Origin: Octopus vulgaris
Taxonomy: Eukaryota
Direction of reading: 5' to 3'
Length of the DNA: 64,000 bases
Assembly: GCA_951406725.2 (NCBI GenBank)
Contig: OX597828.1
Coordinates: 19,530,001-19,594,000 of the forward strand
Notes under the pieces: model-generated
The model's database searches: none
Told to the model about the DNA's origin: nothing
The model's input: the letters and a program-made list of their open reading frames with translations, nothing else
Made by a program: the position numbers and the translations under genes
Shown: piece after piece, positions 13,010 through 25,964 of the stretch
Layout of the letters: each line of letters starts with the position of its first letter
Numbering within the stretch: the stretch's first letter is position 1

Positions 13010-13142
13010 AATAAGACGCTCAGAGAAAGAAATGAGTAGCTGTTTTACGATTCGAGCATAACTTCTCTTCGGAAACAGGAAAAACACGAAAGTACACTCG
13101 AAACGAAAAGTACCACTCTTTTCCTTCTCTGAGCGTCTTATT
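13010..13142. mobile_element. Fold-back PLE-like terminus with degenerate HHR, abutting the mariner
   Basis: Arms aataagacgctcagagaa.. / ..ttctctgagcgtcttatt. Minus strand 13041-13077 reads tgttt CCGAAGA gaag ttat gctc GAAT CG TA aaaca. Confidence 0.6.
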
Positions 13143-13164
13143 AATATATTGCTTGTGCAATATA

Positions 13165-14163
13165 TTCGGGGAATAAGCTGGGTGAGGAAGAACTTCGTAG
13201 CCAAGTTCCTTCAACTTCTGGAGTGTCAGTGAAACGTGTGGTCGAGCATTGTCATAAAGAATGATTAGCCCTCTTCTGTTGGCCAGTCTGGGAGTAGCAG
13301 TTTTTCGTTCATTATGGCGATTCATGGCAATATGTTTCTGCAGTAATGGTTTTTCCGGGTTTTAAGAAGTTATAGTGGATGAGTCCAGCAGTACACCACC
13401 AAACAATCACCATAACCTTCTGTTTGAAGAGCTTAGGTTTAGGGAAGGTTTTCGGTGCTTCATTTTGGTCTAACCACTGCGAAGAACATTTTATATTATT
13501 GTACAGAATTCACTTTTCATCGCAAGTTACGACACGGTCGATAAATGGATCGGTCTCGTTACTGAGAAGAAAAGTCGAGAAAATTTCATATCTGCGCGTT
13601 TTCTGATTTTCATTCAAATCGTGGGGGACCTATTGGTCGAGCTTCTTTTGATTTTCCGATCGCATGCAAATAGTTGCAGGCAGTTTTCTGGCTAACGTGA
13701 AGAAGTTCTTTTGCCAGTTTTTGAGTGGTTTTACGTGGATCTTTCTCAATGATGGTCTTTAATTGACCGTCATCAATGACAGATGGGCGTCCACTACGTT
13801 CACGGTCTCCATGGCTCAGGTCTCCACTGCGAAATTGTTTAATCCATTTTCGAGCTGACCACTCACTGGTCATTTCCTCACCAAAAGTTTCGTTTATATA
13901 TCGCGAGCAGTTTCAGCTGCTTTACGTCCTTTTTTGAAGTTGAATAGCAAAATTGCTCGAATATTTCGCTTTGACAGTTCCATTTCAGATGATTGTAACA
14001 AAAGTGAAAAAAATATCAATGTTAATTTATTGATGCATTTGGGTAAGTCTATGTCTGCATTATCAGACAATTTCAAAAAAAGTTTTAAAAAATTCAAAAC
14101 TCTGCTAAAGTCCGGTACAAATTCTTCATGGTTCAAAACGTTGCTTACTTTTTACTCAACCTC

Positions 14164-14164
<1 letters not shown>
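13165..14164 (-). pseudogene. mariner transposase pseudogene (Hsmar1/SETMAR-like) with 5' TIR, 3'-truncated
   Basis: Frameshifted ORF: MELSKRNIRAILLFNFKKGRKAAETARDI, RSGRPS, VPHDL, VTCDEK, KVMVIVWW, DNARPH, LPHPAYSP. TIR tgaggttgagtaaaaagtaagcaacgtttt next to TA. Confidence 0.92.
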
Positions 14165-14196
<32 letters not shown>

Positions 14197-14287
14197 ACAG
14201 GAAAGTTTACGAAAATAAACAAAAGACGAAGGCAGGTGGAGTACTAACAAACAAATGTATTAGTATAGCGCTCAGGAATAGAAAAAG

Positions 14288-14325
14288 TCTTTTACATTTC
14301 GAGCCTACGCTTTTCGACAGAAAGA
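14288..14325 (-). ncRNA. Minimal HHR motif, A6U variant (decayed copy) within a PLE-like terminus at ~14215-14380
   Basis: tcttt CTGTCGA a AAGC gtag GCTC GAAA TG TA aaaga. Same family as 39934-39971. Confidence 0.55.
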
Positions 14326-14583
14326 TACACAGAAAAAAAAGGAGAGAAAAAAATGCGTGTAGGAGCTAACGATCTATCATGGCGTCTATGAAATGTCTGA
14401 CCAGCAAGGGGAAGCGGTTGACCTCCCCTGTTCGAAGGTTATAATGGACACAGGTTCGTGTGTCATATAGCTAGCTAGAGGCAATGGCCTCTTGGAGCTA
14501 ATCAACGGCAGCTTAAGTCTTATATTAATGGACTGCCACATTAGCTGTCGTAGTCTTTAGAGAGACTTAGAAATTTTAATATT

Positions 14584-14632
<49 letters not shown>

Positions 14633-14651
14633 ATATATAGATATATTTACT

Positions 14652-14696
<45 letters not shown>

Positions 14697-14984
14697 GGTA
14701 AATTTGACGATTTTTATGTCACCTTTATTCAGGAAGCGTTTGATGTATTGGTAAACATTGGACGGTTTTGGAGAACATAAAGATTATTGTTTTAGTGGAG
14801 GAAAAGTTGATAGAGAGCCTTTGAAGCCATTTGAATACTGGAAAAGAGTTATCTGTATCATGGTAATACTTGTATTTTGGGATAGAACATTGTGTTTTCT
14901 TTTCCTTTTATGCAAGCTATCAAATTTACACACGCACACACACACATTCACCACACACTCACACATACACATTATACATATATC

Positions 14985-15297
14985 GTCAGTAACTTATAAG
15001 TACGAAAGAAAAGCACACTCTAAGTTATAAGAGCAGCAGAGTATATAGATAAAGATAGATGGGGCCGGTCTAAGGGGTTACCTTAGGTTTCACGTCCATA
15101 AAGCGTGTAGCTTTACAGCGTTTCTTCAGACCTTAAAACTCGTTGGCCTATGTCCTATCTAGGCCTCTTTGGGCTAGTGAAGCCTAGAGAGGCCATAGGC
15201 CAACGGATTTTAGGGCCTGAAGAAACGCTGTAAACCAAAGTGTATTATGGATGTGAAATCCAGGGTAACCGCATAGACCGGCCACATCTATCTTTAT
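14985..15297. mobile_element. Fold-back PLE-like terminus with an HHR in each arm
   Basis: Diverged arms 15049-15164 / 15182-15297. Confidence 0.8.
15076..15132 (-). ncRNA. Hammerhead ribozyme with extended stem II
   Basis: ggt CTGAAGA a ACG CTG TAAAGC tacac GCTTTA TGG a CGT GAAA CCT a AGG TA acc. GUA site. The mirror copy on + lies at 15214-15270. Confidence 0.75.
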
Positions 15298-15596
15298 ACA
15301 CACACATACACACAAACACAGATACACATACAGACAGACAGACAAACACACACACATACACATATATAGATCGATAGACACATACATACATATATGGCCT
15401 TAATACATAAATACACAAACGTCTGTTCATATAATTATGGTTATGGAAAAGAGGCGCTGAGCAGTCATGTGTATAAACAGAAGCTTATTACCAATTCAAA
15501 TATGCAGACCGACTCACAAACATATAGACATATAGATACATACATACATACATACACACAACACAAACACACACACAGAGACATGTATATATGTAT

Positions 15597-15822
15597 CTCT
15601 TTTACTCTTTTACTCTTTTACTTGTTTCAGTCATTTGACTGCGGCCATGCTGGAGCACCGCCTTTAGTCGAGCAAATCGACCCCGGGACTTATTCTTTGT
15701 AAGCCCAGTACTTATTCTATCGGTCTCTTTTGCCGAACCGCTAAGTGACGGGGACGTAAACACACCAGCATCGGTTGTCAAGCAATGCTAGGGGGACAAA
15801 CACAGACACACAAACACACCCA

Positions 15823-15861
<39 letters not shown>

Positions 15862-16008
15862 GACAGGCTTCTTTCAGTTTCCGTCTACCAAATCCACTCA
15901 CAAGGTATTGGTCGGCCCGGGGCTATAGCAGAGGACACTTGCCCAAGATGCCACGCAGTGGGACTGAATCCGGAACCATGTGGTTGGTTAGCAAGCTACT
16001 TACCACAC

Positions 16009-16010
<2 letters not shown>
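15597..16010 (-). mobile_element. tRNA-derived SINE, family A
   Basis: Near-full copy with A/B-box head, internal TA/TG microsatellite and (TAAAAGAG)n tail. Confidence 0.9.
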
Positions 16011-16041
<31 letters not shown>

Positions 16042-16595
16042 AATACATCTGTGTGTTACGAAAATATATATGCGTATATGTGTATGTGTCTGTGTACACA
16101 TGCTTGAGTATAGTGAGGAGAGTTCAGGAATATCGAAACGATTTTCAATTGAAGCAGCTAGTCAGCACAGTTCGATTTTGAATTAGATGTAGACATTTAT
16201 GCTTTTGAAAATTTTGGAAACCTTCTTTGATACAAGAAATGTGGTAAGTTTTACAATGCGCATAAAACCGTTAACATAAATCTTACGCAGGGTTCGCTTT
16301 GTATTAGTGGGAAGTATATTCACTTTTGAATACCAAGTTCTATTCATTAAGTGAATGAGTGAAAGAAAAATAAAAAAGTATGTAAAAGACTTTACATTTG
16401 TGTCTTCGTTCCTGCTATTATTAGGCGGTATTTCTGTCTAGCAGCTATGACAAAAGAGGTTGTGTCATGGACGAGAAAGAAAATATTGACACATTCATCA
16501 ACAGTTAAAATCTGATCTATTTTTACACGTTCAATTTGGAAATGAAAGTGAGTGTGGATAGAGAGGTACTCTCTCTCTCTCTCTCTTAGCAAATA

Positions 16596-16889
16596 CTAGC
16601 AGTATCGCCCGGCGTTGCTCGGGTTTGTAAGGGAAATAACTATAAAGCATTTTTAGAGAGTTATAGCCAAAAAAATAGCAAAAATGCATTAAAAATGGAA
16701 AAAAATGATGGTAAATTATTTTTAAAATCGTAGACTCATCGTAGACGCGCGCTAATACCCAGAAGGGCTCGATATGAATCACGACTATAAGATACCCGGT
16801 TTTGGTTAAACTGCACCGCAAAATGTGGGAGTAGTTAGGAATCTAAATCGGAGTAGACAGACACACAACCTTACTTTTATATATAAAGA
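16596..16889 (-). mobile_element. Non-autonomous Helitron
   Basis: Minus strand starts A|TCtttatatataaa and ends with a GC hairpin (cccgagc aac gccggg) ~8 nt before CTAG|T. Inserted at an AT site with no TSD. Confidence 0.85.
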
Positions 16890-17435
16890 TATCAGTATGT
16901 GGGTGACTGTGGAAAAAAGGGTCAAGATGACTGGAACTATTTTAAGCAAAAACTGTACATCAGTGAACAACAGTTGGGCAAGAACTTGTACCTTTGTTGG
17001 TCAGGTTGATGCTGGGTGAGTAGGAGGAGTGTTCCAAGACTGGCCCTTGTTGGAGTTTCTCCTGCATCAGGAGAAATGTGTCATAAATGTGTTCGCATTT
17101 TTTTGTATACTTCATATACTTTCATCTTATCTCCATTCTCCTCTTCTTTCTTTTGTAAGATATTTCTAAAATATCCTTGTGATGTCCACTCCTTCAGATG
17201 CCGCTCTATCAAATATAATTGTTATTGTTTTCGCGACATTTTTCTGGCTTTACGATCCAACTTCAAATTCAGTCGATGTCGACTTTACCTTTCATCCTTT
17301 CGGGGACGAAGGCACTGGTGGGGGTCTCTTCTTGGAAATTTCAGGCATTGTGCATATGGTGAAAGCATCATCATCATCATCATCATCGTCATCGTCATCG
17401 TCATCATCGTCATCGTCATCATCGTCATCATCATC

Positions 17436-17475
<40 letters not shown>

Positions 17476-17476
17476 T

Positions 17477-17689
17477 CGGCGAGCTGGCAGAATCGTTAGC
17501 ACGTCGGGCAGAATGCTCAACAGTATTTCGCCCGTCTTTACGTTCTGAGTTCAAATTCCACTAAGGTCGACTTTGCCTTTCATCCTTTTGAGAGGGTCGA
17601 TAAATTAAGTACCAGTCAAGTTCTGGGATCGATGTAATCGACCAGTTCCCTCCCCGCAAATGCTAAGCCTTGTGCCTATAGCAGAAAGG

Positions 17690-17690
<1 letters not shown>
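17477..17690 (+). mobile_element. tRNA-derived SINE, family B
   Basis: ggcgagctggcagaatcgttagc...gagttcaaattcc (B box)...gcctttcatcctt...aagtaccag. Many copies in the window. Confidence 0.85.
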
Positions 17691-17742
<52 letters not shown>

Positions 17743-17753
17743 CATCATCATCA

Positions 17754-17788
<35 letters not shown>

Positions 17789-17789
<1 letters not shown>

Positions 17790-17948
17790 GGAGTGGCTGT
17801 GTGGTCAGTAGCTTGCTTACGAACCACATGGTTCCAGGTTCAGTCTCACTGCGTGGCACCTTGAGCAAGTGTCTTCTACTATAGCCTCGGGCCGACCAAA
17901 GCCTTGTGAGTGGATTTGGTAGACGGAAACTGAAAGAAGCCCGTCGTA

Positions 17949-17979
<31 letters not shown>

Positions 17980-18207
17980 TTATGTGTGTGTGTTTGTGTG
18001 TATGTTTGTGTATCTGTGTTTGTCCTCCCAACATCGTTTGACAACCGATGCTGGTGTGTTTACGTCCTCGTAACTTAGTGGTTCGGCGAAAGAGACCAGT
18101 AGAATACGTACTAGGCTTACAAAGAATAAGTCCTAGGGTCGATTTGCTCGACTAAAGGCGGTGCTCCAGCATGGCCACAGTCAAATGACTGAAACAAGTA
18201 AGAGTAA
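17789..18207 (+). mobile_element. tRNA-derived SINE, family A
   Basis: A box tggctgtgtgg, B box ggttcagtc and full body, inserted in (ATT)n. Confidence 0.9.
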
Positions 18208-18210
18208 ACG

Positions 18211-18251
<41 letters not shown>

Positions 18252-19439
18252 AAGCGGCGTGCAGGCAGAATCATTAACATGCCGAGCAAAACTATTCCCC
18301 CTCCTAGTTTAAGGCCTACCAAGAAGGGTTGATCTAAGTAGAAGAGTTTTTCTATTAAAAAAAAACAGTATCACAAAATATAATACAACTCTAAAACATG
18401 TGTAAAGAGCAATAGTTTGGCAGCCAAATGGTAAAATAATGGTGGTAGCCTTGAATCTAATGGTGTTTCACAGTGGCTAATCATCCGACTTGAACCGCAT
18501 CAATGATGCACGCTGGGATCGGCTCAGAATAGTATATAAATGAAGGGCGTGAGTAAAGGCCACTTATACCTGCTGAGAGAGTTCGAACTCTCTGACAGAG
18601 CATCTTTCCTGCTTCACAAGAAGCATTTTTCTCGAAAAATTTGTCTGAAATCACCCTGCGTCTTATTCCTGAAGGGTCAGCTTGTTTGACATTTGGGTCC
18701 AAATATCATCAGAATCTCAGTCTTGTAATATAAGTCAACAATTATGATTCACATATACTGAATATATCTCATGGGTATGATTATCTTATTAATTTTGTAA
18801 TGTAATGATGCTAACGTACATGAAATCTAGAAGGGTTTAATGTCACCGATAATAAAACGCTGTTTCTTCTGTTTAGTTTATGTTGAATCAGCAATAATGA
18901 CATTCTATACGTTGTTGGTAAGTAGGCAGAAGCATTGCCGAAATAGAAGTCATAAATTAACTGCCGATTAATTATTCAGCTAATAATACTTCTTGTCGAC
19001 ATAACACGATGGTAGCTAAGCAAAGACAAACACAGACAATTAATTAAAGCTAGAAGTTGTTGAATATTCGAATCAACACAACTTGGAGGTTGAGCGACCT
19101 TCTTGACACCTCAGCCAGTTGAATCTCCTATAGTTTTATTCGTACTCGGAGAAAACTCCAAGCCCAACAGATCAGAAACAATAGAAAGAAAAAACAACAC
19201 GAAACAATGTATAACAAAACAAGTAGTTATCCTCAGCGTTTTAGCATCACATTCACTACCGCTGGACGTTTCAGTTAACAAACATTCACCATTTTTACGC
19301 TAGAAGAATGGAGCCGGTGAGGAGCAATTGGGTGATTGCAGAGAATTTAGCGACTCTAGCAGGCTGACTGAAACAACCTATTTTAGTAGGTATAATAGTG
19401 AGTAATTTCATTATGGCAGCTTTGAGAGTAGAAATAATT

Positions 19440-19915
19440 ATTTCTTTATTGCCTACAGGATGCTAAACATAGAGGGGACAAACAAGGACAGACAAAGCGA
19501 TTAAGTCGAATACATAGACCCCAATGCCTAACTGGTACTTATTTAAAAGGCGGCGAACTGGCAGAATCGTTAGCACGCCGGGCGAAATGTTTAGCGATAT
19601 TTCGTCTGCCGCTACGTTCTGAGTTCAAATTCCGCCGAGGTCGATTTTGCCTTTCATCCTTTCGGGGTCGATAAATTAAGTACCAGTTACGCACTGGGGT
19701 CGATATAATCGACTTAGTCCGTTTGTCTGTCATTGTTTGTCTTCTCTTTGTTTAGCCCCTTGTGGGTAGTAAAGAAATAGGTACTTATTTAATCGACCCC
19801 GAAAAGATGAAAGGCAAAGTCGACCTCGGCGGAATTTGAACTCAGAATGTAGCGGCAGCCGAAACACCACTAAGAATTCCTGCCGGCGTACTAACGATTC
19901 TGCCAGCTCGCCGCT
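19440..19915. mobile_element. Nested family-B SINEs (+ copy 19547-19779 inside a - copy)
   Basis: 13-bp TSD ggtacttatttaa at 19534-19546 and 19780-19792. Confidence 0.85.
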
Positions 19916-19943
19916 TTTGTGAGAATAGAAATAATAGCCTAGC

Positions 19944-20278
19944 CATGAGTTCTCAACCATTTTTTTTAATCTATGAGCCCTTTTGATAACTATTTTATTC
20001 TGGTGGACCCCCATAGCTATTCGAATTTAAAAAAAAGTAGTTTTATAGAAACTCCTTTCAAAATTCTTTTTTTCCACACACATTAACTTGCGTAGGTTGA
20101 ACAATGTAAAATGTTAGAGAAAGAAACCTAAGTGTTTCTTGCAATACATATCAATACATACATTTAAAACAAACTTTAAACACTATTGTGGAACCTAAAT
20201 CTACTATTTCATTGGCTGGATCCTCAAAAATCGTATATGGACCCTTAGGGGCATATGGACCGCAACTGAGAACCACTG
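19944..20278. mobile_element. hAT (Charlie-like) MITE
   Basis: Imperfect TIRs catgagttctcaa / ctgagaaccactg. 8-bp flanks gcctagcc / gtctaggc resemble the NTCTAGAN target. Confidence 0.65.
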
Positions 20279-20661
20279 GTCTAGGCCATGCTGGAGCACC
20301 GCCTTACACACACACATACACACACACACATGTGACAGTTTTCTTTCAATTTCCCTCTACCAAATCTACTCACAAGGATTTGGTCAGCCTGAAGTTAGAA
20401 GTATAAAGCCTTTGGCCAAGGTGCCAAGCAGCTGGACTGAACTCGGAACCATGTGTTTGAGAAGCAAGCTTCTTACCACACAGCCAGGCCCGCGCAAGTA
20501 ATCAAAAACGTCTTTTTCTTTTTCTGAAACACACTTTGCTAATAATTATTGAGTGTATCTTGTAATTTGTAATGTCTTATGACTCAGGAAGTACGCTGTA
20601 TCTGATGCCCTTTCGTATGAATGCACCAGTATGGAGCGACCAAGTCGTAATGAGTTAGACA

Positions 20662-20696
<35 letters not shown>

Positions 20697-20708
20697 AACG
20701 CACGCACG

Positions 20709-20828
<120 letters not shown>

Positions 20829-21335
20829 TATTAGGTATAGTTCATGTTTTCGAGTAGTTCATCAGCCACAATTCACCGACAAAGCACAAGAAAAGTTTTG
20901 ATTGCATAAAACGCAAATTAAATACTAATAAAAATAGTCACATTTCAGTCGTCGTTGTTTAACTTCAAGTTATTTCTGATTGAGCAGTCCAATGATCAAA
21001 GAGGCTTTGGCCATCACTAAACCGGCATTTTATCTTTTTCTAAATTATGAGCAACAAACATTATGCGGTTTTAGTTTTTTTTATCTTTTGTCTTTTATTT
21101 GTTTCAGTCATGCTGGAGCACCTCTTTCAAGAGTTTGTAGACGAATGAATTCACCCCCAATACTTATTTTTTTTAAAAGACGGATACTTATTCTATCGGT
21201 CTCTTACGTGAACATAAACACACCAACACCGGTTATCAAGCAGTGGTGGGGGACAAACGCAGACGCAAAGTTACGCACTCATAGATATATACATATATAT
21301 ATATATATGTTCATATATTCATATATGTTCATATA

Positions 21336-21416
<81 letters not shown>

Positions 21417-21467
21417 TGTTTGTTTTGTACACCACCTGTCTTCGTCTTTTGTTTTTTCGTAAACTCT

Positions 21468-21499
<32 letters not shown>

Positions 21500-21504
<5 letters not shown>

Positions 21505-21715
21505 TACTTGGAAAAGGATGTAAAGCTTTGCGGGAAGGACCGTTTGAACGAAGTCGCGTATTGTCCTTACCTTCGAAACGCAGAGTAGATGAAACAGGGA
21601 CAACTGATGAAGGGGAATATTCTTTATGTTGCATGTCTCGTTTCTCTGTTTGTTCTTTTCGTTGTTCGAAAAAAAAGTTCGTTTTCTATGTTTTTGGATG
21701 TCCTTTACCCATATA

Positions 21716-21761
<46 letters not shown>

Positions 21762-21800
21762 TATATATATACATACATATATATGTAGGTATGTACATAT
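21500..21800 (+). repeat. Single-arm copy of the repeat that forms the 3368-3858 palindrome
   Basis: ccttcgaaacgc...gaaacagggacaactgatgaaggggaat...gtaggtatgtacat aligns to 3600-3830. Flanked by (TA)n. Confidence 0.75.
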
Positions 21801-22682
21801 ATGTATGTATATATGCATATCTGTCTATCTATTTATCTATCTATATATGACTAGCATCTTTCAGTTTCCGCCTACCAAATCCATTCACAAGGCTTTGGTC
21901 AACTTGAGGTTACAGTAGACACTTGCCCAAAGTGCCACGCAGTGAGACTGAACCCGGAACTATACGGTTGGGAAGCAAGTTGATTACCACACAGCCATAA
22001 CGGAGCCTATTTCTTGATTTTAGTGAAGCTGATTGCCATTTCTAGCATATCAGGCAAATCTGTAGAAGCATTCTTATTTCAGTTGTTCAGACAGGGTAAA
22101 ACAATATTAATACAAGATAAATAAATACAGAAGAAATTTACAAAAAAAGAAAAAAATGAAAAATGCAGATAATCAGAAAATGACTACATTTAATTTAATG
22201 ATATACAGAATAAATTTATGAAAAAAAAATAATACAGACAACCAAGCCACAGAAGATAAAAGTTTTTAGAGGGAAGTTTAACATAAAAAACTAACTGAAA
22301 TATCGCGAGAAAAGTAAAAAAAAGTGTATTGATGACTTTAAATGAATGGCGCTAAAAATATTCTAAAGACTCTTAAAATAACATTTTTTAAATTATAAAA
22401 GGACTGGAAACAATCGTCTGTACCGGATATTGATGTCTTTAAAACTAATTATTGGCGGAAAAAGTTAATTCTACTTGAAAAAACAATGAATTATACAATG
22501 CGGTTCTAGTTCTTCATTTGCTTGTTTTTCATTTGGAATTGGTTGGTTCTACGTCGGATTGTTCTGCTTTCTAAAGTCGGAAAACTTAAATACGGGAAAA
22601 AGCCAATCACTTGTCTAAACATCTCATCTAATACAGGATTTCTCTGGGAATGGTGGTGGCAAGACAAATTGAAATAATAATA

Positions 22683-22737
<55 letters not shown>

Positions 22738-23837
22738 AATATGGTAAAACTAAAAGTATTCGACTAATTTTGTAGAATAAACAGACTTATCACGTTGTCA
22801 TACTCGTACTCATATACGTGTACACATAATGTTTACCAGTATCCCACGAGATACAAATCAAAATATCTCGGAGCAAATATAATTATATATAATGGAAAAG
22901 AGTGTATAACGTTAGGAAACGCCGCCATACCATAATATCTATGGTATATTTGAAGAAAAAAATTACCTGTGCGTAAATGTGTGTGTATGCTGGCCTATGT
23001 CCGTCTTTTCATCCTCTTTATTTTGTATGCATCTGTTGCCGGCCTCTCCTCTGCTGCCCCTCTCGTTTTATTATCGTCTTCTCTTTCTCATTTCGTCTTC
23101 TCTTTCTCATTACTTCACGATTATCTGCTCTCTTTCCTCCCTCTCTCCTCTCTCTTTCATTATCCCTCTCTCTTTCTATTTCCCTCTCTCACACACTCTT
23201 TACTTTATCCATTAGCCACTCTAATTCTATCAACACACTTCACTTCTCTATTCAACCATTTTGGTGTCTCTCCTACTAGAAGTCAGTAACAGGTGATAGT
23301 TTTAGCAGAAAACTTGATTAATGAAGAGAGCTACTGCTGATTACACTGGCGACACTTGACAGCTGCTGAAATTGAAATATCAGCTGAATTTAATTAATTT
23401 TAGCGAGAACGACGAATTTTGTAGTTGCGAGTTCAAATTACGGTCACAACCAAGTGTAATCTTTCTTTTTACAATAGACTGGCTATAAATGATGTTTACA
23501 TCAATAATGTTAAAGAAATCATCAACCTACATTGATATTGGGAAGGCTCACAAATAGAAAGGAAGAGGTGTTGGAATGGAAGAGGTATGTAGGAGGTGAG
23601 GTGGTAATATGGAGAAGCCAAGAATAATGTTTGAAGAATGAGAGAGATAATGAGATAATAAATGAGAACAGGATAAGGAGTATGAGTAGAGTTACAGATG
23701 GAGGAGAGAAAAACAAGTACATCTGTATATTTATATGATTATATATGTATATATATATATATATACATACATCTGTCTCTACATAAGCGTTAATGTATTA
23801 CTGTGCATATACATACATATATAATAATAAATAAATG

Positions 23838-24080
23838 CGCCCTTTTAAAGCCTAGCCAGGCTCGTGGGTTCGTTTTCCCGGTTTCCATGGCGTATGTGTT
23901 CCCAAGCTGGACGGGACGCCAGTCCAACGGAGTGTTATTCATTTTTACCTGCTGAGTGGACTGGAGCAACGTGAAATGAAGTGTTTTGCTCAAGAACACG
24001 TGTCGCTTGGTCCAGGAATCGAAACCACAATCTTACGATCGTGATGCTGACACCCTAACCACTAAGCCACGCGCCTCCAC
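23838..24080 (-). mobile_element. tRNA-derived SINE, family C
   Basis: Minus-strand head tggcttagtggttagg...ggtttcgattcc plus the shared core. Confidence 0.8.
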
Positions 24081-24192
24081 ATATACATACATACACATAC
24101 ATACATATGCATATATACACATGTATATGTACATATACATACACACACACACACACACACTGACACATATTGTTCTTATACATGTATGTGTA

Positions 24193-24285
24193 TGTTCTTG
24201 GCAGTGGTTTCGAAGTTTCGCCCAGCTAAGAGATTGTCCGACGATGGTTTAGCGGGCCGAAACTTTGAAGTTACTATCAACAACA
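24193..24285. mobile_element. Short fold-back with degenerate HHR (+ strand 24233-24277)
   Basis: attgt CCGACGA t GGTTT agc GGGCC GAAA CTTtgAAG TT actat. An inverted partial copy lies at 24193-24229. Confidence 0.6.
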
Positions 24286-24379
24286 TTTTTGTACAACAAT
24301 AATGATTTGTACTTTACAAGAGTAGAGAGTAACCCATCAGATTAATGTAAAATTGTTTTTATTATAGCTGAATATGAAA

Positions 24380-24425
<46 letters not shown>

Positions 24426-24844
24426 GGTGGTCAGCTTGCAGAATCGTTACCGCACCGGTAAAAATGTCGAATTTGCCTTTCATCCCTTCGGGGTCGATAA
24501 AATAAGTACCTCTTGAGTACTGGGCTCGATGTAATCAACTTGTCCCCTACCACGATATTCCTGACTTTGGACCAAAATCTGAAACCAATACCCCCCCCCA
24601 CACACACATAATTTTATGGCTTTTTATAAGGAGGAGAGCGGAAGAGAGGGGAAAAACCACGTCTGATGTGAAGCAGCGCTTAAGGGAGATTTCGAATGAA
24701 TAACAGCAACAGAGTGAAATTGGCCTTAAAGTGCCCAAGGGTCAAATGGGTTCAGGATATTGAACTGTGTGACGGAGTATTGTTACTGCTTCAAATAGCA
24801 TATCCTACGGGTTTTGTTTCCATTTAACCAGTTTCTTACACATA

Positions 24845-25006
24845 GGCGCAGGTGTGGCAGAGTGGTAAGTAGCTTGCTTACCAACCACATGGTTCCGGGT
24901 TCAGTTCCACTGCGTGGCACCTTGGGAAAGTGTCTTCTACTATAGCTTCGGGCCGACCAAAGCCTTGTGAGTGGATTTGGTAGATGGAAACTGAAAGAAG
25001 TCCGTC

Positions 25007-25038
<32 letters not shown>

Positions 25039-25310
25039 ATATATATGTGTGTATGTGTGTGTGTGTGTGCGCGTGTGTGTGTGTGTGTGTATATGTTTGT
25101 GTGTCTGTGTTTGTCCCCTCAACATCGCTTGACAACCGATGCCGGTGTGTTTACGTCCCCGTCACTTAGCGGTTCGGCATAAGAGATCGATAGAATAAGT
25201 ACTAGGTTTACAAAGAATAAGTCCTGGGGTCGATTTGCTCGACTAAAGGCGGTGTTCCAGCATGGCCGCAGTCAAATGACTGAAACAAGTAAAAGAGTAA
25301 AAGAGTAAAA
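24845..25310 (+). mobile_element. tRNA-derived SINE, family A
   Basis: Full-length copy with (TAAAAGAG)n tail. Confidence 0.9.
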
Positions 25311-25847
25311 CTTCCTCGGGTCGTCCTGACATTTTTCGTAGAAAACATTTTCCCAAGATGATGCGCTGTGACAATGCATTTCAATCCATGTGATTGCGAA
25401 GGCTGTTCTTCGCAGTGCAAGTAATAAACGGCGGAGTGTTTATAGTTGAACAAGCTTTGCAGTCCATGTTTGTGTGTGGTTCACTTCAGCCAAGCTGCTC
25501 TAGAGATGTTGGATAGAATTAGATAGAAAATCACGAACACGGGAATCTCTTGTTAATCAGATCAAGAAACAGTGACGGATATTTTAGTATACACGATGGC
25601 GAGCAAAAATGGAGGAAAAGATGTGAAAGGGTACGAGACTTGCATAACGGCATCAACATTTGGGCGGCATAATATATGGCAATGAGGAAGAATAAATGGA
25701 TAGGAAGTACATGCAAATGAGAGACGGGAAGTGAAAGAATGAAAGAATATGATACACACGCACACAATTTTTCCATCGAAGCTTTTCACTACACACACAG
25801 ACACACATATATAGTGAAAAGCTTCGATGAAACATTTTTCTCCACCT

Positions 25848-25964
<117 letters not shown>

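Noticed and set aside
22450-22612. Three CCAAT boxes as a promoter
   Set aside because: Short motifs are expected by chance and there is no associated gene.
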